Shown: positions 38,768 to 48,828 of the stretch, piece by piece | Numbering within the stretch: position 1 is the first letter of the stretch | Layout: every line of letters starts with the position of its first letter | Origin: Syntrophorhabdaceae bacterium | Lineage (GTDB): Bacteria > Desulfobacterota > Syntrophorhabdia > Syntrophorhabdales > Syntrophorhabdaceae | Assembly (NCBI GenBank): GCA_963665295.1 | Contig: OY762209.1 | Span: 4,576,001 to 4,640,000, forward strand | Length of the DNA stretch: 64,000 bases | Direction: 5' to 3' | Made by a program: the position numbers and the translations under genes | Notes under the pieces: model-generated | Database searches by the model: none | Told to the model about the DNA's origin: nothing | The model's input: only the letters and a program-made list of their open reading frames with translations

Positions 38768-38894
38768 TTTTCCCGTTATAGCTGTATCGGCCAAAAGCAA
38801 AAAAAGATAACCCCCTCTTTCCGGCCCGACACCAAAACCCCGCCATTTCACGGTTGCACACCCGGACCTCCATACTTATGTTTCTGTCAGTGCC

Positions 38895-41867
38895 ATGAGC
38901 AAGGTGGAAAAACTTATATTCTCCCGTCGACAGTTCCTGAAAGCCGCAGGGCTCACAGGGCTCACCGCCATGGTAAGCGGCTGTTCCGACGCAGGCAGAA
39001 AGTTGATTCCTTTTGTCACGGCCCCTGAGGACATCATCCCCGGGGAGGCGACATGGTACGCCACCACCTGTAGAGAATGCCCGGCGGGCTGCGGCATGCT
39101 CGCCAAAAACCGGGACGGACGGGTAATCAAGGTGGAAGGGAACCCCCTCCATCCGATCAACACAGGCAAACTCTGCGCGAGAGGACAGGCGTCGGTACAG
39201 GGCATTTACAATCCTGACAGGCTCCGCGCTCCCGCGACGAAGCTCGCAGACGGTACGTTCCGGCCCGTCACATGGAAAGAGGCGGAAAAGACTATCGTCG
39301 ATGCACTGACACCGGTAGTCTTGAGGGGTGACCGGCAGAAGGTCGTATTCCTTTCCGACCTCACTTCCGGTTCCGAAATGCAGGTGGTCCGTCGGTTCCT
39401 CGCTTCCATGGGGTCCTCCAACCACATAATGTACGAGCCGTTGGCCTACGAAGCCTTAAGGCAGGCAAACCGCGACGTATTCGGGGTAAGGGCCATTCCG
39501 GCATATCAAATCGACGCCGCGGATTTCCTCATCTCCTTCGGGGCAAATTTCCTTGAAACGTGGGTATCCAACGTCCGGTTCTCCCGCCAGTTCGCACGGT
39601 TCCGTGAACCTGCAAAAGACGGCAAGAATCCGTTCATTTACGTGGGACCGCGTCTCTCGATGACCGCGGCGAATGCGGACCATTGGATTGCGACACCTCC
39701 GGGCGGAGAGTCCCTTGTCGCCCTGGGTCTCCTGCACCTTATCCTCGAAAAGGACCATGGGACCGCCCTTGCGCGGGACGACAAAGCGAGAGTGCGGGCA
39801 GCCACGGCGGCCTTTACGCCGGACCTCGTCGCGGAAAGAACAGGTGTAAAGAAAGAGGAACTCCATATGCTCGCCCGCTCTTTCATGAAGGCGGCAAGGC
39901 CCCTTGCCCTCGCGGAAGGCCTGGGACTCGAGGATCCGGCGGCCCTCGACACGGGGCGCGCCGCAAACCTGCTCTCAAGTCTCATGCCGGGCAGCAGCGA
40001 GACGATGGATTTTTCGAGGCCATCCCTCCTTTCCGGCTCAGCCCCCGCGACTGATATGAAAACATTGACAGATGCCATGCTCGCAGGCAAAATAAAGGCG
40101 CTCTTCATCCTCCGCGCCAACCCTGCCTTCCACCTTCCTCAGACATGGCATTTTTCGGAGGCATTGAAAACAGTGCCCCTTGTGGTATACCTCGGAAGTT
40201 ACCCTGATGAAACGGGGCGTCTGGCCCATGTCCGCCTTCCGATTCATACTTTTCTCGAATCGTGGGGTGACTATACGCCCGAACCCGGTATAGACAGCTT
40301 CCTGCAACCCGTGATGGGGCCCATCTTCGATACTCGCAATCCGGGAGACATCCTCCTCTCTCTGGGGCAGGCCATCAAAGGCCGGGTGTCCTTCCCGGAG
40401 AAAGATTTCTATGAGGTGGTCCGGCACGCCTTCGAGGCGTCCCGCACGCCGGGGGCGGCGCGCGGGAATCAGGAGGAGTACTGGCTCAATGCCCTGAAAC
40501 AGGGCGGTTCCTGGAACAGCAGGGAAAAGAGGACCAGGCACTCCCTCACGGGCCACCCGGTCAATAGTATGTCCTTTGCACCTCCTTCGTCGGGGCTGCC
40601 CGCAGGGGAAGGTCTCTCCCTCATCTCCTATCCCACGATTCAGTTTTTCGACGGCCGCATGGCAAACAGGCCCATTCTGCAGGAATTGCCCGACCCCATG
40701 ACCGCAGTCACGTGGGGAGGATGGGTGGAAATCAACCCTGAAACCGCGAGACGCCTCTCCATCAAGAAGGGTGATGTCCTTCTTATACGCTCGGAATCGG
40801 GGACCATCGAAGTACCTGCCTATCCCTATCCGGGTATAGAACCGGGTACTCTCGCAATCCCTTATGGTCTCGGCCATTCGGCCTTCGGCCGGTATGCCCC
40901 GGACGGCATGGAAAATTCCGTGGGGATACTGGGGAAAGAACTCGGCCCGGCGGGCAGCATAGTGAGGGCCCTTGTCACCGTGACTGTGACGAAGAAAGGA
41001 ACTTCTCTGCCTCTCGCGCACACCGACGGGAGCGCCGACCAGCACGACAGGCATATTGCCCGGTCCATAAGCCTTGAAGACTACCTAAGGACCCGGGCGG
41101 ATCCCCCCGACGTGGTACTGCCTCTCTCCAGGGGCTTTGTCCAGGAACGGGACTTCTATTCCGCCCACACCCACGATGCCTACCGATGGTGCATGGCTGT
41201 CGACCTCGACCGCTGTATCGGCTGCGGGGCGTGCGTGGCCGCCTGCTATACCGAAAATAACGTGGCAGTAGTGGGTAGGAAGGCCGTCCTCAAGGGCCGT
41301 ACCATGGCATGGCTCCACATAGAGAGATACTTTGAACCGAAAGAACCCTTCATTCGGTTTATTCCCATGCTCTGCCAGCACTGCGACGAGGCGCCGTGTG
41401 AGTCGGTGTGTCCCGTATTTGCGCCGAATCACAGCAAGGAAGGGATAAACAACCAGGTATATAACCGCTGTATAGGTACCCGCTATTGTAGCCAGAACTG
41501 CCCCTATAAGGTCCGCCGTTTCAACTGGCTTACATGGACCCACGACGCCCCCCTTGAATGGCAGTTCAACCCCGATGTGACCCGGCGAACCAAGGGGGTC
41601 ATGGAAAAATGTTCCTTCTGCATCCAAAGAATCGTGGAGGCAAAGATAAAGGCGACAGGCGAAAAGAGACTCGTCCGGGACGGCGAGTTCGCCCCTGCCT
41701 GCGCGCAGACCTGTCCGGCGGACGCCCTCGTTTTCGGGAACCTGAAAGACCCGGAGAGCCGGGTGGCAAGGCTCGTCGGGGAGGCCAGGGCCTACCAGGT
41801 CCTTGGCGAACTCAACACAAAGCCGGGGGTGATATATCTCAAGAAGATCACCCGGAACCCGGCGTAG
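38895..41867 (+). CDS. actB: Alternative complex III subunit ActB (Mo-oxidoreductase-like + Fe-S domain)
   Basis: Tat SRRQFLK plus lipobox; CRECPAGC; C-terminal CIGCGAC, CQHCDEAPC, CIGTRYC, MEKCSFC. Confidence 0.88.
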   Translation: MSKVEKLIFSRRQFLKAAGLTGLTAMVSGCSDAGRKLIPFVTAPEDIIPGEATWYATTCRECPAGCGMLAKNRDGRVIKVEGNPLHPINTGKLCARGQASVQGIYNPDRLRAPATKLADGTFRPVTWKEAEKTIVDALTPVVLRGDRQKVVFLSDLTSGSEMQVVRRFLASMGSSNHIMYEPLAYEALRQANRDVFGVRAIPAYQIDAADFLISFGANFLETWVSNVRFSRQFARFREPAKDGKNPFIYVGPRLSMTAANADHWIATPPGGESLVALGLLHLILEKDHGTALARDDKARVRAATAAFTPDLVAERTGVKKEELHMLARSFMKAARPLALAEGLGLEDPAALDTGRAANLLSSLMPGSSETMDFSRPSLLSGSAPATDMKTLTDAMLAGKIKALFILRANPAFHLPQTWHFSEALKTVPLVVYLGSYPDETGRLAHVRLPIHTFLESWGDYTPEPGIDSFLQPVMGPIFDTRNPGDILLSLGQAIKGRVSFPEKDFYEVVRHAFEASRTPGAARGNQEEYWLNALKQGGSWNSREKRTRHSLTGHPVNSMSFAPPSSGLPAGEGLSLISYPTIQFFDGRMANRPILQELPDPMTAVTWGGWVEINPETARRLSIKKGDVLLIRSESGTIEVPAYPYPGIEPGTLAIPYGLGHSAFGRYAPDGMENSVGILGKELGPAGSIVRALVTVTVTKKGTSLPLAHTDGSADQHDRHIARSISLEDYLRTRADPPDVVLPLSRGFVQERDFYSAHTHDAYRWCMAVDLDRCIGCGACVAACYTENNVAVVGRKAVLKGRTMAWLHIERYFEPKEPFIRFIPMLCQHCDEAPCESVCPVFAPNHSKEGINNQVYNRCIGTRYCSQNCPYKVRRFNWLTWTHDAPLEWQFNPDVTRRTKGVMEKCSFCIQRIVEAKIKATGEKRLVRDGEFAPACAQTCPADALVFGNLKDPESRVARLVGEARAYQVLGELNTKPGVIYLKKITRNPA

Positions 41868-41868
41868 G

Positions 41869-43221
41869 ATGGCAAAGGACGTGGAGACCAAAGAACTGAA
41901 GTTCAATGAGGTGGACCAGGAGATACTGAGAACCCTCTCGGCCCCGGGACGCCCCTATCGGGTCGTGGTTTTCCTCCTTTTCCTGGGGGTCATTTACGGC
42001 TACATCATAGTGTGGTCCTACCAGATCACAAACGGACTGGGCGTCGCGGGATACAGGCCTCCTGTCATGTGGGGCGCATACCTCGTTAATTTCGTGTTCT
42101 GGATAGGAATCGCTCACTCGGGCACCCTCATTTCCGCTATCCTCTTCCTCTTCAGGGCAAAGTGGCGGACGAGTATCTCCCGGAGCGCGGAGGCCATGAC
42201 CATCTTCGCGGTATTCATTGCCTCCCTCTTTCCCATAATCCACCTCGGGCGGCCCTGGATCTTTTACTGGATCATCCCTTATCCGAACCAGCGGACCCTC
42301 TGGCCCGACTTCCAGTCTCCCCTGATCTTCGATTTTCTCGCCGTTTCCACTTATATGACGGCAAGCCTGCTTTTCTGGTTCACAGGTCTCGTCCCCGACT
42401 TCGCGACGGTCAGGGATCGCGCCTCGGGTTTCCGCAGGAAGATTTACGGCTTTCTTTCCCTCGGTTGGTCCGGCACCGACAGGCAGTGGCATCATTACGG
42501 CATGTCCTACCTTCTCCTCGCCGGCCTGTGCACGCCCCTCGTTATCTCGGTGCACAGCGTGGTCTCCTGGGATTTTGCCCTCGCCATCATACCGGGATAC
42601 CACAGCACCATCTTTCCGCCCTATTTTGTGGCAGGAGCAATCCATTCCGGTCTCGCCATGGTGCTCACGCTCCTCATCCCCCTCAGGCGGATATTCCACC
42701 TCGAACCGATCATCACTCTCGACACACTGGAAAAGATTGCGAAAACATCGATCCTCATGGCCCTCATCGTGGCATACGCATATATAGTGGAACCCTTCAT
42801 CGCCTGGTATAGCGGCAATGTATTCGAGAGACAGACTTTCCTGTTCCGGGCTATCGGCTACTATGCGCCCTTGTTCTGGGTCATGTGCGCCTTCAATGCA
42901 GTGGCGCCCCTTTTCTTCTTCGCGAAGAAGATCCGGAGGAGCCCGGCGTGGCTCTTTGCAATAGCCATCCTCATCAACATCGGCATGTGGCTCGAACGGT
43001 TCGTCATTATCTGCGGCTCCATGGCAAGAGACTACATTCCTTACGCCTGGGGAAATTACTGGCCGAACTGGGTGGATTGGTCGATAACCTTCGGCTCCTT
43101 CTGCCTTTTTTTTCTCCTCTTCCTGCTCTTCGTCAAATTTCTGCCCTCTGTTTCCATAACAGAGGTAAAGGAAGAGGTAAAACCCCCTGTTCGAGGGAAG
43201 GAGGTGCCTTTTGGCACATAA
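41869..43221 (+). CDS. actC: Alternative complex III quinol-binding membrane subunit (NrfD family)
   Basis: NFVFWIGIAHSGTLIS, RSAEAMT, HLGRPW, SVHSVVSWDF, GMWLERF. Confidence 0.92.
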   Translation: MAKDVETKELKFNEVDQEILRTLSAPGRPYRVVVFLLFLGVIYGYIIVWSYQITNGLGVAGYRPPVMWGAYLVNFVFWIGIAHSGTLISAILFLFRAKWRTSISRSAEAMTIFAVFIASLFPIIHLGRPWIFYWIIPYPNQRTLWPDFQSPLIFDFLAVSTYMTASLLFWFTGLVPDFATVRDRASGFRRKIYGFLSLGWSGTDRQWHHYGMSYLLLAGLCTPLVISVHSVVSWDFALAIIPGYHSTIFPPYFVAGAIHSGLAMVLTLLIPLRRIFHLEPIITLDTLEKIAKTSILMALIVAYAYIVEPFIAWYSGNVFERQTFLFRAIGYYAPLFWVMCAFNAVAPLFFFAKKIRRSPAWLFAIAILINIGMWLERFVIICGSMARDYIPYAWGNYWPNWVDWSITFGSFCLFFLLFLLFVKFLPSVSITEVKEEVKPPVRGKEVPFGT

Positions 43222-43723
43222 AGGGGGGCTCCTCGCCGTCTTTGTCTACGCCGATGATTTTCTCTCAGCCCTTGGTCGCCTCAAGGCGGGATCGCACAGG
43301 GTGGAGACCGTCTTTACGCCCCTGAATCTTCCCGAAGTGCAGGAGATACTCGGTAAAAAGCCTAGTCAGGTCCGCCTCATCACCCTGATGGGCGGCGTCC
43401 TGGGAGGCCTGGGGGTGGTAGGGCTGGCCGTTTATGCCCATCTTTCATTCAGCCTGATTACAAGCGGGAAACCAGTCCTTCCGTGGGTACCCTGGGTCGT
43501 GGTCTGCTTTGAAGGCGCTATCCTCGGCGCGGTGATCTCAAGTGTGGTCGCGTGGATATTGAAAGGCCGTCTGCCCCGTCTTCAACCCGTCGCGGGATAT
43601 GATCCGCGCTTTTCCCAGGACCGGTTCGGGATACTCGTCGCGCCTCCCGGGAGCGAAGAGGACAAGGTAAAGAAGTTACTCGAGGAAGCCGGGGCCGTGG
43701 AGGTACGCCGTGTCTCACAGTGA
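43211..43723 (+). CDS. actD: Alternative complex III subunit ActD (DUF3341)
   Basis: FTP, two TM, SGKP, FE, YDPRFSQDRF, EAGAVEV; TTG start. Confidence 0.85.
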   Translation: MAHKGGLLAVFVYADDFLSALGRLKAGSHRVETVFTPLNLPEVQEILGKKPSQVRLITLMGGVLGGLGVVGLAVYAHLSFSLITSGKPVLPWVPWVVVCFEGAILGAVISSVVAWILKGRLPRLQPVAGYDPRFSQDRFGILVAPPGSEEDKVKKLLEEAGAVEVRRVSQ

Positions 43724-44948
43724 CTTCCCCGCCCCCGTCCGCCTCGCCATTCCTTCGTGGCTCGGTATTGTTTTCACAGCCCTCATTGTTGCGGGTACGG
43801 CCGGTTTCCTCTCCGGTATTCTCGGCCCGCATCCGCTTCGCGCCTGGCAGGCATACCTCGTGAACTTCCTTTTCTGGACAGGACTCTCCCTGGGGGCGGT
43901 CCTCGTCGTAGCGGTCCTCAACCTTACGGGGGCAAAATGGGGGCGCCCGCTGAAACGTCTCGCCGAGGCATTCGGCGCCTTTTTGCCCGCTTCGTTTCTC
44001 TTTTTCTGGGTCCTCTATTTCGGAAGGATGGAACTGTTCCCCTGGATCCACCACCCCGTGCCCGCAAGACAGGTCTGGCTGAACGTGCCCTTTCTCTTCG
44101 CCCGTAACGGTGCGGGGCTTTTCTGCCTGACCCTTGTTTCCCTCGCCATGATCTACTATTCCCTCAAAGCCGACCGGCAGTGGCGGGCGGACATCCCGGG
44201 CGGGGTCGAAAAAAACCCTTCCCTGAAGCCCTGGAACACGAGCTGGAGCAGGCAACAGGCGCTCTCGCCCGTTTTCGCAATAGCCTATTCCTTTATCCTC
44301 AGCCTCATGGCATTCGACCTGGTCATGTCCCTCGATGCCCGGTGGTACTCCACCCTTCTGGCCGGATATTTCTTCGTCGGGTGCTTCTACACCGGAGTGG
44401 TCGCCCTCAGCCTCCTTTCCCTCTTTACCGCGGGTGCAGAAGGCTTTCAGGGCCACGTAATACCCCGTCACTTCCATGATCTGGGCAAGCTCATCCTCGC
44501 GTTCTGCCTTTTCACGGGGTATCTCTTCTACGCCCAGTTCCTCACGATCTGGTATGGCAACCTGCCCGAAGAGACACGCTATGTAATCCTCAGGGTCAAA
44601 ACGACCCCATGGGAGCCTTTGGCCTGGGTCACCCTCTTCATGATCTTCCTTATCCCCTTCTTCGTACTCTTGAGCAAGAGGATAAAAACGAAGAGGCTTC
44701 CCATGATCCTTCTGTCCCTGATGATCATGGCGGGTATGTGGCTCGAGAAGTTTATTCTTGTCGCGCCGTCGCTCTGGAAGCAGGGTACGGTTCCCCTCGG
44801 AGCTACGGAGGCCTTCATAACAGCCGGCTACCTGGGCGTCGTGGGGCTTTGCCTCACCATGTTTCTTAAGCGGGTCCCCTTGCTGCCCGTTTCCGACCCC
44901 CTCTTCAGACTTGGGGAAAGCGAGAAGGAGGAACGGCTCAATCCATGA
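43710..44948 (+). CDS. actF: Alternative complex III subunit ActF
   Basis: LFPW, WLNVPF, DLVMSLDARWYST, HDLGKL, QFLTIWYGNLPEE. Confidence 0.88.
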   Translation: MSHSDFPAPVRLAIPSWLGIVFTALIVAGTAGFLSGILGPHPLRAWQAYLVNFLFWTGLSLGAVLVVAVLNLTGAKWGRPLKRLAEAFGAFLPASFLFFWVLYFGRMELFPWIHHPVPARQVWLNVPFLFARNGAGLFCLTLVSLAMIYYSLKADRQWRADIPGGVEKNPSLKPWNTSWSRQQALSPVFAIAYSFILSLMAFDLVMSLDARWYSTLLAGYFFVGCFYTGVVALSLLSLFTAGAEGFQGHVIPRHFHDLGKLILAFCLFTGYLFYAQFLTIWYGNLPEETRYVILRVKTTPWEPLAWVTLFMIFLIPFFVLLSKRIKTKRLPMILLSLMIMAGMWLEKFILVAPSLWKQGTVPLGATEAFITAGYLGVVGLCLTMFLKRVPLLPVSDPLFRLGESEKEERLNP

Positions 44949-45499
44949 CGGAAGAGCGTAAAGAGACTGGGACATCCACAGGAGGACCGGGCTGGAAAAG
45001 GCGCGGATACCTGTGGCTTATTCTTGCCGGAGCGCTGTTCGCGGCCATGTTCCTTCTCTACTTCAACGCAGGCCGGGGGATTGGACCGCGCCAGCCCATC
45101 TCCTTCAGCCATAGGGTCCACGCGGGCGTCAAGGAGATCAATTGCCGGTTCTGCCATCCCGACGTGGAGCGTTCCCCGAACGCGGGCCTGCCGACCGTGG
45201 AGAAATGCTTCTATTGTCACAAGTATGTCATACCTGACCACCCCGAGATCAAAAACGAGGAGCGGTATCTCAAGAGCGACACGCCCGTTCCCTGGGTACG
45301 CATCTTCTGGGTGCCCGATTTTGTGTTCTTTAACCATATCCCCCACTTGAAATGGGGGAAGCTCGATTGCAAGGACTGCCATGGTGACGTGAAAACCTTT
45401 GACCGGCTCCGGAGGGTCGATTTCCAAATGGGCTTCTGCCTGAATTGTCACCGGCAAAGAGGCGCCCAGCTCGATTGCTGGCTCGCCTGTCACAGGTAG
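44945..45499 (+). CDS. actA: Membrane-anchored multiheme cytochrome c, ActA
   Basis: QPISFSHRVH, PDFVFFNH; four CxxCH plus a terminal CWLACH. Confidence 0.88.
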   Translation: MTEERKETGTSTGGPGWKRRGYLWLILAGALFAAMFLLYFNAGRGIGPRQPISFSHRVHAGVKEINCRFCHPDVERSPNAGLPTVEKCFYCHKYVIPDHPEIKNEERYLKSDTPVPWVRIFWVPDFVFFNHIPHLKWGKLDCKDCHGDVKTFDRLRRVDFQMGFCLNCHRQRGAQLDCWLACHR

Positions 45500-45585
45500 T
45501 CCGCTTTGGCACGGTTGGCAGCCGGGCCGTGGAGACCGCCCCGGAGGCCCCGGGGCAGGGTTGGAATGATGGAGGCGTATCGATA

Positions 45586-46983
45586 ATGCTGAAGACCATT
45601 GAAAAGGGACACCTTCCGGTGGCGGGTTTTTTCATTTCGTCCGCTTTCTGGTTCTTTACGGCAACCATAGGAGGGCTCATCCTCGCCTCAGCCATGGTAG
45701 CCCCGGACCTCCCCCTTTACAAGAACATATCCTGGCTGGTATTCGGCCGCATCCGGCCCATGCACACGAACATGATGATCTTCGGGTTCGTAGGCTCCGC
45801 CCTTCTCGGCTGCACTTACTACATAGTGCCCCGCCTTACACGGACCGGGCTTTTCAGCAGCGCCATGGGAAGGGTTGCGGTCTGGATGTGGAACCTTACC
45901 GTGACGGGGGGAACCGTGACTCTTGCCCTCGGCTTCACCCAGAGCCGCGAGTACGCGGAATGGATATGGCCCATGGATGTGATGCTCCTCGCCGTGCTTG
46001 CCCTCACCTTCTACAACCTCTTGAGGACCGTCGCGTCCCGAAAAGAGGATCTCCTCTATGTGTCGGTCTGGTACGCTTTCGGGGCCTGCATTTTCACGTT
46101 TTTCATCTATTTCTTTGGAAACGCCGTGTGGAATCCTTCGACGGGCGCGATCAGGGGCATGCCCGACGGGATACTCGCGTGGTTTTACGGACACGGGATC
46201 GTGGGGCTCTTTCTCACTCCCCTCGCAGTCGGTCTCTCCTATTACGTAATGCCCATCGTGTGCCGTACGCCTCTCTTCAGCCATAGTCTTTCCCTGGTCG
46301 GCTTCTGGACGATCCTCATGTTCTATCCCCACATCGGCACCCACCACCTCCTCCAGACACCGGCGCCCACATGGCTGAAGATCGTGGCGGTAACAGGGAG
46401 CATCGGTATGCTCATACCCGTGGCAACGGTTCTCGTCAACCTATGGCTGACAATGAGGGGACGCCTGGGTTATATCCATGAGGAAATAGGAGGCAAATTC
46501 ATATTCGCCGGTCTGGTGTGGTACCTCATTGTCTGTCTCCAGGGCCCCTTCCAGGCCCTACCCTCGGTGCAGCGGATCACCCACCTCACCAACTGGGTGA
46601 TAGGCCACTCCCATATCGCGGTTCTCGGTTTCTCCGGTTTCATCGGACTGGGGGGAATCTATTTCCTCCTTCCCCGGATCACAGGACGTCCCCTCTACGA
46701 CCGGAGGCTTGCGGACATACAATACTGGCTCGTGCTCACGGGCCTCACCGGGTTTTTCGTAGTCCTCACCATGGCAGGTCTTATCCAGGGAAGCGGGTGG
46801 CTCGCGGGAAATGTGGTCTACAGGGTCCTCCCCGAACTTCATGTCTACTGGGTCTGGCGATTGGGCTTCGGAATCCTCATCGCCACAGGGGCAGCCATAG
46901 GCCTCTACAACGTAGCGAGAAGCCTTTACAGCGGGGCCGCGGGGCCGGATTCAACCGCACCTCAGGAAAGGGAGGAGACATGA
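45586..46983 (+). CDS. ccoN: cbb3-type (C-family) heme-copper oxidase subunit I
   Basis: FGRIRPMHTN, REYAE, WFYGH, FYPHIGTHHL, WVIGHSH. Confidence 0.9.
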   Translation: MLKTIEKGHLPVAGFFISSAFWFFTATIGGLILASAMVAPDLPLYKNISWLVFGRIRPMHTNMMIFGFVGSALLGCTYYIVPRLTRTGLFSSAMGRVAVWMWNLTVTGGTVTLALGFTQSREYAEWIWPMDVMLLAVLALTFYNLLRTVASRKEDLLYVSVWYAFGACIFTFFIYFFGNAVWNPSTGAIRGMPDGILAWFYGHGIVGLFLTPLAVGLSYYVMPIVCRTPLFSHSLSLVGFWTILMFYPHIGTHHLLQTPAPTWLKIVAVTGSIGMLIPVATVLVNLWLTMRGRLGYIHEEIGGKFIFAGLVWYLIVCLQGPFQALPSVQRITHLTNWVIGHSHIAVLGFSGFIGLGGIYFLLPRITGRPLYDRRLADIQYWLVLTGLTGFFVVLTMAGLIQGSGWLAGNVVYRVLPELHVYWVWRLGFGILIATGAAIGLYNVARSLYSGAAGPDSTAPQEREET

Positions 46984-47927
46984 AGGTCACCCTGAAACTC
47001 CTCCTCTTCGGGGGTATGGCCATATTCGCTTCCGTCCTCTTTATCGCCGTAATCCTCCCGTGGGCCACTATCAGCGAGAAGCCCTCGAGTATCTTCCGGG
47101 CAAGGACCGCTGTTGAAGACAAAGGCAGGGTCCTCTATATCGCGAATGGGTGCACCTACTGCCATACCCAGTTCGTCCGCAACATCGACTGGGGACTCGG
47201 CGCGGAACGGGTAGCCCTTTCCGGAGACTACGTGGCGGAGCAGCCCCACCTCCTCGGTACCGAGCGCACCGGCCCCGACCTTTCACAGGAAGGCGGGGAG
47301 CACCCCGACGACTGGCACCTCGCCCATTATGCAAACCCCCGGTTCGTGCGCCCTGAATCGATCATGCCTGCCTTCGAGTACCTTGGTAAGGAGAATATTG
47401 CGGCCCTCATCGCGTATAAGCAGGCTCTCGGCTTCAAGGACGCCGACTACCGTGTCGAGCGTCAGAAACGATGGAAGGCAAGGGCGATAGCGGCATATGA
47501 GGCCGGGCCGGACAATAATGTGGACTGGATTCATTCCATGGTGCCGGAGCCCTGGCGCAAACTTCCCGGCCCGTACCCCGCCACGGAGCCCGGTTTAAAG
47601 AGAGGCCAACGCATTTTTGAGAGCTTCTGCGTCGGATGTCACGGCCTCGTAGGGGACGGCATGGGCCCGGCGCAGCCCTATCTCTACCCGCCCCCCCTCA
47701 ACTTCACCATCCTCAAGGGCCGCGGAGTGTCTGGGGGAATACTCTATTATCAGATCATGAACGGCATCACGGGTACCGCCATGCCCTATTTCAAACGCGA
47801 GCTTGAATCGGAAAAGATATGGGATGTGGGCAATTACGTGGCTCGAACTTTTATTGGCGAGAGTGACGCATACCGGCAGCCGAGAGGCATCGACGCCGCC
47901 TATATGCCACCGCCGAAAGGAGACTGA
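46980..47927 (+). CDS. ccoO: cbb3 oxidase subunit II fused to a second cytochrome c domain
   Basis: GCTYCHTQFVR, GTERTGPDL, SIMP; second heme CVGCH...TAMP; ATGA overlap with ccoN. Confidence 0.88.
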   Translation: MKVTLKLLLFGGMAIFASVLFIAVILPWATISEKPSSIFRARTAVEDKGRVLYIANGCTYCHTQFVRNIDWGLGAERVALSGDYVAEQPHLLGTERTGPDLSQEGGEHPDDWHLAHYANPRFVRPESIMPAFEYLGKENIAALIAYKQALGFKDADYRVERQKRWKARAIAAYEAGPDNNVDWIHSMVPEPWRKLPGPYPATEPGLKRGQRIFESFCVGCHGLVGDGMGPAQPYLYPPPLNFTILKGRGVSGGILYYQIMNGITGTAMPYFKRELESEKIWDVGNYVARTFIGESDAYRQPRGIDAAYMPPPKGD

Positions 47928-47928
47928 C

Positions 47929-48207
47929 ATGAGCCTCTACTACCTCCTCTGGCTGATGCTTATCGTGGCAAGCCTGTGGGCAAGTCTGGGCGCCTTTCTC
48001 TGGGCCCATCACCGCGGCCAGTTCAAAGATCAGGACAGGGCGCGGTTTCTTCCCCTCCGCGGGGAGACCGGCCCGGCCCTGCCGGAAAAGGGACCGGCGG
48101 CGCGTCGCGAAGCTTGCGTGATGCTTGCCTTGCTCGCCACCGGCGCGGGGGCCATTGTCATGGTGCTTATCATGGTGATATCACGGACGCCGGGGGCCGC
48201 CCCATGA
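47929..48207 (+). CDS. ccoS: cbb3 oxidase maturation protein CcoS-like
   Basis: FLWAHHRGQFKDQDRA. Confidence 0.75.
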   Translation: MSLYYLLWLMLIVASLWASLGAFLWAHHRGQFKDQDRARFLPLRGETGPALPEKGPAARREACVMLALLATGAGAIVMVLIMVISRTPGAAP

Positions 48208-48488
48208 GACTCTTTTCCCTTATCGACTTTCATCATTTTATCCTCGCCCTGTTTCTCGGAACGGCTGCCGCCCTCGTCATCTATCTTATCTTCCGGTACG
48301 GGCCCGAGACAAGACGGCGGGACGGACATGACAACCCTGTCCGCGAAGGATCGTATGCCGAAAGCCCCGACGTCCCCGAAGCCGAACACAACCCGGCGCC
48401 CCCCGTCCTTGTCTTTCTCTTTGTGGGGTTCGTGGTGTGGCTTATATGCTACGTGATCTTTTTCGCAATTCGCGGCGGACCGATGTAA
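48204..48488 (+). CDS. Small two-TM protein resembling the CcoQ/CcoP N-terminal membrane part
   Basis: EHNPAPPVL...W..Y; translationally coupled. Confidence 0.55.
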   Translation: MRLFSLIDFHHFILALFLGTAAALVIYLIFRYGPETRRRDGHDNPVREGSYAESPDVPEAEHNPAPPVLVFLFVGFVVWLICYVIFFAIRGGPM

Positions 48489-48546
48489 ACCGGGGACGTG
48501 AGACGGGAGGACCGGAATTGAACCAGGATGGACCGGGGGCAATGAC

Positions 48547-48828
48547 ATGAACAAACGGGGAGAACGGAAAGAAGAGAGCGCGGGAAAAGGATGGGCCATA
48601 GTGTGCGGCCTTGCCCTGGCGTTTCTCCTTTATGGTCTTTTCATATTTGCCGTCGTGGGGGACAAAGGGCCGCCGGATTGGGACTTCAACGTGATTGAGG
48701 ACATACCGGGCAAGTCGGTCTATTCCACGTACCCCCAACCGGGAGAGACCCCGATGCAGCCCGAACCGCAGCACGTGGCGGGCAAGCCGTCCCGTGCACC
48801 CACAGGGCCGGAAGGAAAAGAAAGATGA
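48547..48828 (+). CDS. Small single-TM hypothetical protein in the oxidase operon
   Basis: TM helix followed by DKGPPDWDF; overlaps the next start. Confidence 0.6.
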   Translation: MNKRGERKEESAGKGWAIVCGLALAFLLYGLFIFAVVGDKGPPDWDFNVIEDIPGKSVYSTYPQPGETPMQPEPQHVAGKPSRAPTGPEGKER

